Source of the DNA: Sedimentisphaerales bacterium
Lineage (GTDB): Bacteria; Planctomycetota; Phycisphaerae; Sedimentisphaerales; SM23-30
Reading direction: 5' to 3'
DNA: 47,786 nucleotides
Assembly (NCBI GenBank): GCA_016930855.1
Contig: JAFGFX010000055.1
Location: 1 to 47,786, forward strand
The translations under genes were made by a program, and so were the position numbers. Below the pieces are notes generated by a model, which saw only the letters and a list, made by a program, of their open reading frames with translations, was not told the DNA's origin and did no database searches. Position 1 is the stretch's first letter, and the number at the start of each line of letters is the position of its first letter. Positions 29,551 through 37,977 of this stretch are shown one piece after another.

Positions 29551-29735
29551 GGCAGGTCTCCGTCCGGATCGATCGGGTTGACGATCCGGCTGAACGTGTT
29601 TGGCCCACGGGTGACCCCCGCGGGATTCGTCTGTTTACTGATCGCCCTGATTGTAAGGGAAATCATCGTCCCGGCAAGTTATAATGGACGCCCCTGCGGC
29701 AGGAATGCCGGCCAGCGAAGGAAAGGAGTTTTCTG

Positions 29736-31160
29736 ATGAAGACAATGCGGCATGTCTGGTGCGTTTGGATTGTGTGTCTATGGATATCGAGTTTTGCCGG
29801 GCTGGCGGCTCTGCCAGTCGCTCAGGCGGCCGAACCCATCCGGCTGCATCCGGACAATCCCCATTATTTCCTCTGGCGGGGCAAACCGGCGGTCCTGATT
29901 ACCTCCGGCGAGCATTACGGCGCGGTGCTCAATCGCGATTTCGATTACCGCCGCTATCTGGAGACCCTGGAATCGTTCGGCTTTCGCCTGACGCGGACCT
30001 TCAGCGGTGCCTACTGCGAACCGCATGGCGCGTTCTCCATCGAGAACAACACGCTGGCCCCGGCCCCGGGCCGTCTAATATGCCCCTGGGCCCGCAGCGA
30101 CCAGCCGGGCTACGCCAACGGCGGCAACAAGTTTGATCTGACCAAATGGGACCCGGAGTATTTCCAGCGACTGGGCGACTTTATCGGCGAGGCCGGCCGG
30201 CGGGGCGTGGTGGTGGAGCTGGTGTTGTTCTGCCCGTTTTACGAGGACGCCATGTGGGATCTGAGCCCCATGAACGCCCGCAACAACGTGAACGGCTTCA
30301 GCCAGGTCAAACGCGAGGAGGTCTATACCCTCCAGGACGCCAGACTCCAGCAGGTCCAGGACGAGCTTGTCCGCAAGATCGTCGAGGAACTCAAGTCGTA
30401 CGACAACCTGTACTACGAGATCTGCAACGAGCCCTACTTCGCCGGCGTGAGCCTCGACTGGCAGCGGCACATCGCCGCCCTGATCGCCGCCACGGAAAAA
30501 CGGCTGGGCGTCAAACACCTGATCGCCCAAAATATCGCCAACCAGGGCCAAAAAATTATCGATCCCCTGGCCGAGGTCTCGATCTTCAATTTCCACTACG
30601 CCAAGCCCCCGACGACCGTGGCGGACAACTACCATTGGAACCGGGCCATCGGCGACGATGAAACCGGCTTTGCCGGCAGCGGGGCCGATGCCTACCGCCG
30701 CGAGGGGTGGGATTTTCTCCTGGCCGGCGGGGCGGTCTACAGCAATCTGGACTATACCTTCACCGTCGGCCACGAGGACGGTTCCGCCCGGCCGAAGGCC
30801 CCCGGCAATACCGATCCGGCCCTGCACCGGCAGTTGCGAATCCTCAACGAGTTCATCGGCGGCCTGGATTTCATCCATATGCGGCCGGACGATTCGGTGA
30901 TTCGAGCCGGCGTACCGGAAAAGGCTACCGCCCGCGCGCTGGTCCTGCCGGGCCGGGCCTATGCCCTGTATCTCAACGGTGGCAGCCAAGCCGAGTTACG
31001 GCTGGAGCTGCCGAAGGGCGATTATCGGGCCGAATGGGTCAACACCCGGACGGGCCGGATTGATAAAAGCCAGGACCTTAACCATGCCGGCGGCCTGGCG
31101 CTGCTGGCTTCGCCCGCCTATCAGCAGGACATTGCCCTGCGGATAGTCGCCCGGGATTAA
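29736..31160 (+). CDS. Secreted clan GH-A (GH5-like) glycoside hydrolase
   Basis: Signal peptide, NPHYFLWRGKP, YEICNEP acid/base motif, DDETGF nucleophile-like motif, C-terminal beta-sandwich (AEWVNTRTG). Confidence 0.65.
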   Translation: MKTMRHVWCVWIVCLWISSFAGLAALPVAQAAEPIRLHPDNPHYFLWRGKPAVLITSGEHYGAVLNRDFDYRRYLETLESFGFRLTRTFSGAYCEPHGAFSIENNTLAPAPGRLICPWARSDQPGYANGGNKFDLTKWDPEYFQRLGDFIGEAGRRGVVVELVLFCPFYEDAMWDLSPMNARNNVNGFSQVKREEVYTLQDARLQQVQDELVRKIVEELKSYDNLYYEICNEPYFAGVSLDWQRHIAALIAATEKRLGVKHLIAQNIANQGQKIIDPLAEVSIFNFHYAKPPTTVADNYHWNRAIGDDETGFAGSGADAYRREGWDFLLAGGAVYSNLDYTFTVGHEDGSARPKAPGNTDPALHRQLRILNEFIGGLDFIHMRPDDSVIRAGVPEKATARALVLPGRAYALYLNGGSQAELRLELPKGDYRAEWVNTRTGRIDKSQDLNHAGGLALLASPAYQQDIALRIVARD

Positions 31161-31353
31161 CCGGCCTTAATGGCCCTATCATGCCCTCGGCGTCCGGGCG
31201 TTGCTACCGGCGTAGGGGCAAAATGGGGCGGATTCAAGCCTTTTATTCCCCCAGGCAACACCTAAGGCAGAAAGGGAATCTATCTGCTTGAACCGTAGGG
31301 CAAATTAAGCTATTGTAGAGGGTTAAGGTAAAACTGATTTGAGGGATCATGCC

Positions 31354-31390
31354 AGGCTGACATAAACGTGTCGGCCTTTTTGGGTATATC
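31354..31390 (+). promoter_or_regulatory. Pho-box-like site overlapping a terminator-like hairpin upstream of alkaline phosphatase
   Basis: CTGACATAAACGTGTCGG (31357-31374), then a 10-nt gap, then TATATC. The same bases form the stem AGGCTGACA/TGTCGGCCT followed by TTTT. Confidence 0.35.
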
Positions 31391-31429
31391 TTGTACAGTG
31401 TTGACAGAATCAGATACGGGAGAAGGGAA

Positions 31430-32620
31430 ATGAACCGATCCAAGACACCTTTTGGCTTCCATCCCTGCAAGCGGCTGCTGGGACTCATCCTGGTTATCGG
31501 CTTCGTGAGCTGTCCATTTGCGGCGGCCGAGGTCAAGAATGTGATCCTGATGATCGGGGACGGGATGGGATTCCAGCAGATCAAGGCCGCCTCGCTCTAT
31601 GCCTACGGCAAGGAGGGCAAACTGTCATTCGAGCCCTATTATCGGGCGGAGATGACCACCCATTCGGCGAATTCCTACCGGTCCTCCAGCCACGCCACGG
31701 ACTCGGCGGCCTCGGCGACGGCCATGGCCACCGGCCAGAAGGTCGATAACGGGGTCGTCAGCCAGCGGGACGACAAGCCGCTCAAAACCATCCTGGAGAT
31801 ATTCCAGGAGCACAACCGGGCCGTCGGCCTGGTCACCACCGTGCCCATCAGCCACGCCACGCCGGCATGCTTTGGGGCCCACGAATCCAGCCGCAACCAT
31901 TATACCCAGATCGCCCATGACTATCTGACCGAGACCCGCCCGAACGTCCTGTTCGGGGCCTATTACGCCGACGGCCGGGGTCTAACGGCCGAAAAGGCCT
32001 GCCAGGCGGAGTACGTCGTTCTCCGGAGCCGCCGGGAACTCCAGCACCTGCTCGAGACGGCCAAGGAGCCGCCGGTCCAGGACCGGTCCATCGCGGGACT
32101 GTTCGCGCCGGAGGGGATGCCCTGGGAATACGATTACCATAATCCGCATACGAAACTTTTTGAGCCGGACGACTCTTCCAAGGAGGATGCCGTCAGCTAC
32201 GATACCGCCCCCCACCTGTCGGAGATGACCGCGGCGGCCCTGGAACTGCTCCAGACGGATCCCGATGGATTCTTCCTGATGGTTGAGGGCGGCAAGATCG
32301 ACTGGGCCGGTCATAACAACCTGATCGAACACAATATCTTCGAAACCCTGGAATTCGCCCGGGCCTTCCAGACCGCCCATAATTGGGCCAGGGACCGAAA
32401 GGACACTCTCATTGTGGTGACTGCCGATCATGAGTGCGGCGGATTGTGGGTGGTCAAATCCCGCGGCAAGGGATTCTTCCCCCAGGTCTTCTGGAGCACG
32501 AGCGGGCATACGGGGGCCAACGTGCCGCTCTACGCCGTCGGCGAAGAGGCCAAGCAGTTCCGCGGCGTGATCGACAACACCCAGATTTTCGAGATCATTG
32601 TCAAACTGATCCAGCCCTGA
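31430..32620 (+). CDS. phoA: Alkaline phosphatase (PhoA family)
   Basis: IGDGMG, TDSAASAT, HATPA, EGGKIDWAGH, TADHE, GHTG motifs; signal peptide; start MNRSK at 31430. Confidence 0.88.
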   Translation: MNRSKTPFGFHPCKRLLGLILVIGFVSCPFAAAEVKNVILMIGDGMGFQQIKAASLYAYGKEGKLSFEPYYRAEMTTHSANSYRSSSHATDSAASATAMATGQKVDNGVVSQRDDKPLKTILEIFQEHNRAVGLVTTVPISHATPACFGAHESSRNHYTQIAHDYLTETRPNVLFGAYYADGRGLTAEKACQAEYVVLRSRRELQHLLETAKEPPVQDRSIAGLFAPEGMPWEYDYHNPHTKLFEPDDSSKEDAVSYDTAPHLSEMTAAALELLQTDPDGFFLMVEGGKIDWAGHNNLIEHNIFETLEFARAFQTAHNWARDRKDTLIVVTADHECGGLWVVKSRGKGFFPQVFWSTSGHTGANVPLYAVGEEAKQFRGVIDNTQIFEIIVKLIQP

Positions 32621-33073
32621 CGGCCGGTCACGACTGCCGGGCGGTGGGCGGCGGCCGGCGGCCGGCAAATAGCGGCTGGTACCCGGCGGCCGTCCGATCA
32701 GGCCAGATCGACAATGATTGACGAGGGTGGGGTCGAAGGGATTTTTTCGCCAACAAGTGCTTGACCGGAAACGGTTTGTCGATATTATTGACTGTGTCAG
32801 CCGGAATTCTCCTGGGCTTACGGCACGGGAAAAACATGATTGTGCGACAATTGGATCACGACGCAGGCTTTACCACAACCGGCACGACGGCGTAATCGGA
32901 TTACGCCGCCGGCGGCGCCCCCGTCTTTTCCAGGCGACAAAGGTGGGGAAAAAACGGTTGTAAAGCAGGTGTCGTCTTTTTTATTTTAGGGGCGGGGGAA
33001 ACGGCAGGGGGCCGGCGGGCGAATTGACTGTAAGTTGTTGTAAATAAAGGTTATACATTGAACGGCCACAGAC

Positions 33074-35023
33074 ATGGTACGCGTGATTTTACCCGATGAC
33101 TCTCAGTTGGAATTCGACAGGCCGGTAACGGGTCTGGAAGTAGCCGAGCGGATCGGTCCCCGCCTGGCCCGTCAGGCCCTGGCCGTCCGGCTCGACGGCG
33201 AGCTGCGTGATCTGGCAACCGTCATCGACGCCGACAGCCGCGTCCAGATCGTCACCCACCAGAGCGATCCGGAGGCGGCCCTCGATCTGCTGCGGCATAG
33301 CTGCGCCCACGTGATGGCCGAGGCGGTCTGTCGGCTCTTCCCCGAGGCCCAATTGGTCTACGGCCCGACCGTAGAAAATGGCTTCTACTACGATATCGAC
33401 CTGGACCGGCCCATCCGCCCGGAGGATTTCCCGGCCATCGAGGCCCAAATGGACCAGATCGTCCAGGCCGACGAGCCCTTTCGCCGCCGGGAGATGGACC
33501 GCCAGGCGGCCCTGGCAAAGCTCCGGGCCGAGGGCAATCGCTACAAGATCGACAATGCCGGACGGGCGGCCGGCGATACGCTGAGTTTCTACGTCACGGG
33601 GGCCGACCCGAACGGCCGGTTCGAGGATCTCTGCCGCGGGCCGCACCTGCCCAGCACCGGCCGGATCGGGGCCTTCAAGATCATGAGCATCGCCGGGGCC
33701 TACTATCGCGGCGATGCCCGCGAAAAGATGCTCCAGCGGGTCTACGGCACCGCCTTTCCGGATAAAAAGCAGCTTGCGGCCTACCTAAACCAGCTCGAGG
33801 AGGCCAAAAAACGCGACCACCGCGTCCTGGGCCGGCAGATGGACCTGTTCAGTTTCCAGGAGGAGGGGCCCGGATTCGCCTTTTTCCATCCCAAGGGGAT
33901 GATCATCTGGAACGAGATGGTGGATTACTGGCGCCAGGTCAATCGCCGGGCCGGCTACCAGGAGGTCCGCACCCCGATCATCCTCAACGAGCAACTCTGG
34001 CACCAGAGCGGCCACTGGGACAATTACAAGGAAAACATGTATTTTACCCGGATCGACGAGGTGGACTACGCCGTCAAGCCGATGAACTGCCCCGGCGGCT
34101 GCCTGATCTACAAAAATCGGCCCCATTCCTACCGGGAATTGCCGCTGCGGGTGGCTGAACTGGGGCTGGTCCACCGCCACGAGGCCAGCGGCGTCCTGCA
34201 CGGCCTGCTGCGGGTTCGCCAGTTCACTCAGGACGACGCCCACATCTACTGCAGGGCCGACCAGATCGAGTCCGAGGTCGTCGCGGTCATGGACCTCGCC
34301 TTCGAGATCTACCGGACCTTCGGCCTGACCGACATCCGCCTGGAACTCTCGACCATGCCTGAAAAGCATATCGGCACGGAAGACATCTGGAACCAGGCCA
34401 CCGACGCCTTGAAGGGGGCCCTGGAGCACAAGAAAATCGATTATGCCCTAAATCCCGGTGACGGCGCGTTTTACGGTCCAAAAATCGATTTTCACGTCCG
34501 CGACTGCATCGGCCGCTCCTGGCAGTTGGGCACCATCCAGCTGGATTTTTCCATGCCCGAGCGTTTCGACCTGACCTACGTTGACCGGGACAACAGCGAA
34601 AAGCGGCCCGTCATGATCCATCGGGCGATTTTGGGATCCCTGGAGCGGTTTCTGGGGATCCTGATCGAGCATTACGCCGGGGCCTTCCCCCTCTGGCTGG
34701 CCCCGGAACAGGTGCGGGTCATGCCCATCAGCGAAAAAACCAACGAATACGCCCGGCAGGTGCTGAACCGCTTGCAAGAGGCGAATTTGCGCTGTACTAT
34801 CGACCAGGCGGATGATAAAATCAACGCCAAGATAAAACGGGCCCATGACCAAAGGGTGCCCTACATGTTGATTGTGGGGCCGAGCGAGGCCCAATCCGAC
34901 ACGGTGACCGTCCGAACCCGCGGCCGCAAGGACCAACAGAAGTGGCCGGTCGGCCAATTTATCCAGATCGCCGCCCAGGATATTGCCCGGCGGAGGCTGG
35001 ATCGGGTCGATTCCGCCGGGTAA
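33074..35023 (+). CDS. thrS: Threonyl-tRNA synthetase
   Basis: TGS domain, RHSCAH, DLCRGPH, KPMNCP, RVRQFTQDDAH, MIHRAILGSLERF. Confidence 0.97.
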   Translation: MVRVILPDDSQLEFDRPVTGLEVAERIGPRLARQALAVRLDGELRDLATVIDADSRVQIVTHQSDPEAALDLLRHSCAHVMAEAVCRLFPEAQLVYGPTVENGFYYDIDLDRPIRPEDFPAIEAQMDQIVQADEPFRRREMDRQAALAKLRAEGNRYKIDNAGRAAGDTLSFYVTGADPNGRFEDLCRGPHLPSTGRIGAFKIMSIAGAYYRGDAREKMLQRVYGTAFPDKKQLAAYLNQLEEAKKRDHRVLGRQMDLFSFQEEGPGFAFFHPKGMIIWNEMVDYWRQVNRRAGYQEVRTPIILNEQLWHQSGHWDNYKENMYFTRIDEVDYAVKPMNCPGGCLIYKNRPHSYRELPLRVAELGLVHRHEASGVLHGLLRVRQFTQDDAHIYCRADQIESEVVAVMDLAFEIYRTFGLTDIRLELSTMPEKHIGTEDIWNQATDALKGALEHKKIDYALNPGDGAFYGPKIDFHVRDCIGRSWQLGTIQLDFSMPERFDLTYVDRDNSEKRPVMIHRAILGSLERFLGILIEHYAGAFPLWLAPEQVRVMPISEKTNEYARQVLNRLQEANLRCTIDQADDKINAKIKRAHDQRVPYMLIVGPSEAQSDTVTVRTRGRKDQQKWPVGQFIQIAAQDIARRRLDRVDSAG

Positions 35024-35083
35024 CTTGGCACGGTGGATTGGGTTTTCGGTGTTTTTTGCCGGTAGAAAGGACGGTGGTGCTTC

Positions 35084-35677
35084 ATCGCCAAAGACTTAAG
35101 GCTGAATGAACAAATTCGGGTGCCTCAGGTTCGGGTCGTCGATCAGGACAACAACCAGGTCGGTATCATCAAAACCATCGAGGCCCTGGCAATGGCCCGG
35201 GAAGCGGGAATGGATCTGGTCGAGGTGGCTCCGAACGGCGCGCCTCCGGTTTGCCGCCTGATGGATTACGGCAAATGGAAGTACGACCAGAAGAAAAAGG
35301 CGCATAAGGCCAAGGTCAAGCAGCATCACGTGACCCTCAAGGAGATCCGGATGCGGCCCAAGACCGATGAGCACGATCGCCGGTTCAAGCTCAAGAAGGC
35401 GCGGCAGTTCCTGACCGAAGGCGACAAGGTGCAGTTCACGATGCTTTTTCGCGGGCGCGAAATGATGCATTTGGACCTGGCGATCGAGAAATTCAACGTC
35501 ATTGTCCAGGAACTCGGCGATGCCGGACGCCTCGAGGTCCCCCCGAAGAAGATGGGCCGCCGGATGACCATGGTTCTGGCCCCGGAAAAGCCGGAGGTGA
35601 AAAAACTCAAAGAGGAGGCCCCCGCCCCGGCGACCGGAACGGTAGCGCCGAATAACCTGAGCGGCGAACCTTCGTAA
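35084..35677 (+). CDS. infC: Translation initiation factor IF-3, with a non-canonical ATC start
   Basis: In-frame TAG at 35063, then ATC GCC AAA GAC TTA AGG CTG AAT GAA CAA ATT CGG (IAKDLRLNEQIR). DLVEVAP, PPVCRLMDYGK, KEIRMRP, FRGRE. The track start at 35120 cuts off the conserved NEQI motif. Confidence 0.92.
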   Translation: MAKDLRLNEQIRVPQVRVVDQDNNQVGIIKTIEALAMAREAGMDLVEVAPNGAPPVCRLMDYGKWKYDQKKKAHKAKVKQHHVTLKEIRMRPKTDEHDRRFKLKKARQFLTEGDKVQFTMLFRGREMMHLDLAIEKFNVIVQELGDAGRLEVPPKKMGRRMTMVLAPEKPEVKKLKEEAPAPATGTVAPNNLSGEPS

Positions 35678-35819
35678 ACCGGTTTCCCCGGCCTGACCCG
35701 AAAGAACCGGACCGGACAGGCGCCAACCAGGCGCGGTCGGGCATCCGTGGGCGGATAATCGCCTCCGGGGCGAAGTGTGTTTTTTCTAACGTACTGGTAT
35801 CTAGAAAGTATAGACTCAT

Positions 35820-36017
35820 ATGCCGAAACAAAAGACCCATAAAGGATTGGCCAAGCGCGTCAAGGTGACCGGCACCGGCAAGGTGCTGCGCCGCCGGGCC
35901 GGCAGCGGCCATTTGATGAGCAGCAAGAGCGGAAAGCGCTGCCGGAACCTCCGCCAGACGACGGGGATGTCCCGCAGCTTGAACAACAAGACGATCGCGG
36001 CCCTCGCCGGCGGCTGA
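35820..36017 (+). CDS. rpmI: 50S ribosomal protein L35
   Basis: [29 protein letters not shown]; located after infC. Confidence 0.95.
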   Translation: MPKQKTHKGLAKRVKVTGTGKVLRRRAGSGHLMSSKSGKRCRNLRQTTGMSRSLNNKTIAALAGG

Positions 36018-36254
36018 TCGGCCGGCCGGATGGCACCCTGGGACCTTCGGAAAGGCCAGGGCGTTCCGGCAGCATAATCGCCGGCGACCGGCGGTTCCCG
36101 TCGCGTGCGATTGACCGGACAGGATCGGTAACCGAACGCATAACCGACAGAATGCCTGCTTCTCGGTAAACAGCTACCGCCAGCGGGCGCAGCCAAGACC
36201 GCCCCCCTGCGGCAGAGCCGTAAGCGTTGGGCCGGCAAGGAAAGGAAAGCTGTC

Positions 36255-36620
36255 ATGCCCAGAGTACGGAAAGGCGCCGCCCGGCGCCAGGCCAAGAAAC
36301 GTCTCTTTAATCAAGTCAAGGGCTTTCGCGGTCCCCGCAGCAAGAACTGGCGCCTGGCCCAGGAGTCCCTGGTGCGGGCCCAGACCAACGCCACCCGGGA
36401 CCGCCGGCGAAAAAAACGGGATTTTCGCGGCCTGTGGATCCTCCGCATCGCCGCCGCCTGTCGCAGCCGGGGCATTCGCTACAGCCAGTTCATTCACGGC
36501 TTGAAGATGGCCCAGGTCGAGCTGAATCGCAAGATGCTTTCCGAGATGGCGATTCACGATCCGCAGGGATTCGACCAGGTGGTCGCCACGGCCCAGCAGG
36601 CGGTTGCCGCCGGCGCCTAA
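36255..36620 (+). CDS. rplT: 50S ribosomal protein L20
   Basis: MPRVRKG..KGFRG..RDRRRKKRDFRGLWILRI..YSQFIHGL..LNRKMLSEMA. Confidence 0.96.
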   Translation: MPRVRKGAARRQAKKRLFNQVKGFRGPRSKNWRLAQESLVRAQTNATRDRRRKKRDFRGLWILRIAAACRSRGIRYSQFIHGLKMAQVELNRKMLSEMAIHDPQGFDQVVATAQQAVAAGA

Positions 36621-36645
36621 GTGGAAACGCATAATGATTCGTTAT

Positions 36646-36672
36646 GTCATTCCCGCGAAAGCGGGAATCCAG
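36646..36672. repeat. REP/dRS3-like short palindrome
   Basis: GTCATTCCCGCGAAAGCGGGAATCCAG, i.e. ATTCCC-N8-GGGAAT core with a GAAA-loop hairpin. Confidence 0.7.
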
Positions 36673-36690
36673 GATTCTTTTGGCGTAACA

Positions 36691-36740
36691 CATGCCCACG
36701 CAAGCGTGGGCATGGCACCCGGCCTACACGCAGGTGCCAT
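36691..36740. repeat. Second REP-like palindrome
   Basis: CATGCCCACGC-AA-GCGTGGGCATG (11-bp perfect stem) + GCACC; overlapping ATGGCACC/GGTGCCAT inverted repeat. Confidence 0.65.
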
Positions 36741-36808
36741 CGAGAGCGTTTTATGATTCTTTTTACGTTTCCACTTAGTCTCGCATGTTGTAGTGCTATC
36801 TGGCGGGG

Positions 36809-37819
36809 ATGGGTCTCATGAGCGACATATTGCACCAGTTCAAGCAGATGGGCAAGCAGGCCCTGGCGGATCTGGCCCGGGTCAAGAACAGCCAGGACCT
36901 GGAGTCGTTTCGCCTGCGCTACCTGAGTCGCAAGGGCGAGATCACCCGGCTGGTGGGCGGCCTGGGCAGCCTGCCCCAGGAGCTGCGGGCCGACGCCGGC
37001 AAGCTGGCCAACCAGCTCAAGCGGGAGGTGCAGGAGGCCTTCGGCAAGTTGCAGGCGGATCTCCAGCGCACCCAGGCGGTTTCGGATGCCCCCTTGTTCG
37101 ACGTGACCCTGCCGGGCCGGCCCTTTCGGCTGGCAGCGCGGCACGTGATCATGCAGACCATCGACGAGCTGGTGGAGATCTTCGGCCGGATGGGATTCGA
37201 GGTCGGCTACGGCCCGGAGATCGAGGACGAGTATCACAACTTCATCGCCCTGAACATCGATGAAAAGCATCCGGCCCGCGATCCGCTGGACAATTTCTAC
37301 GTCGACGAGCACACCCTGCTGCGCAGCCAGACCTCCACGATGCAGATCCGGGTCATGGAGACCCGCCGGCCCCCCATCCGGGTGGTCGCGCCGGGCCGGG
37401 TCTACCGGCCGGACAGCGTCGATGCGACCCACATGTACATGTTTTACCAGTTGGAGGCCCTGGCGGTCGACGAGGGGGTCACCATGGTCGATCTGAAGAC
37501 GACCATCGATCTGTTCATCCGGGCCTTCTTCGGCGAGCAGACGCACTGGCGGTTCCGGCCGAGCTTCTTTCCCTTCACCGAACCGAGCGGCGAGGTGGAT
37601 CTTCTCCTCAAGGACCGGCTCGGCAACGAGAGCTGGGTGGAGATGGGCGGCTGCGGCATGGTGGACCCCAACGTCTTCGAGGCCGTCGGCTACGATCCCG
37701 AGCGCTACACCGGCTGGGCCTTCGGCTTCGGCATCGAGCGGCTGGCCATGCGCAAGTTCGGGATCCCCGACATCCGCTGGTTCTTCGAAAACGACCTGCG
37801 CTTCCTCAAACAATTCTAA
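36809..37819 (+). CDS. pheS: Phenylalanyl-tRNA synthetase alpha subunit
   Basis: NFIALNI..HPARD, LLRSQTS, PGRVYR, DATH, RPSFFPFTEPS, GCGMV, AFGFGIERLAM, DLRFLKQF. Alternative start at 36818. Confidence 0.97.
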   Translation: MGLMSDILHQFKQMGKQALADLARVKNSQDLESFRLRYLSRKGEITRLVGGLGSLPQELRADAGKLANQLKREVQEAFGKLQADLQRTQAVSDAPLFDVTLPGRPFRLAARHVIMQTIDELVEIFGRMGFEVGYGPEIEDEYHNFIALNIDEKHPARDPLDNFYVDEHTLLRSQTSTMQIRVMETRRPPIRVVAPGRVYRPDSVDATHMYMFYQLEALAVDEGVTMVDLKTTIDLFIRAFFGEQTHWRFRPSFFPFTEPSGEVDLLLKDRLGNESWVEMGGCGMVDPNVFEAVGYDPERYTGWAFGFGIERLAMRKFGIPDIRWFFENDLRFLKQF

Positions 37820-37822
37820 GGG

Positions 37823-37927
37823 GTCGCTTGCCGCGACTGGCAATTCGCCGCGATCACCAGGAAGTTACGACGCTCCCGCTGGTCGCTGCCACTTGGCGAG
37901 AATCGCTCACCGCGACCGGCAAGCGAC
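37823..37927. repeat. Long degenerate hairpin (REPIN-like / bidirectional terminator) between convergent pheS and rseP
   Basis: Outer 11-bp arms GTCGCTTGCCG / CGGCAAGCGAC; inner arms TTCGCC/GGCGAG and GCGATCACCAGGAAG / CTCCCGCTGGTCGC. Confidence 0.55.
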
Positions 37928-37977
37928 ACCACATTATTTGTTGATTCAACCAACGTTTTCCGATGAGGGCCCGTGTT

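Noticed and set aside
31290-31381. c-di-GMP-I riboswitch before phoA (GGGCAAA plus terminator)
   Set aside because: No GNRA-capped P2, no GACGCAAA junction and no tetraloop receptor.
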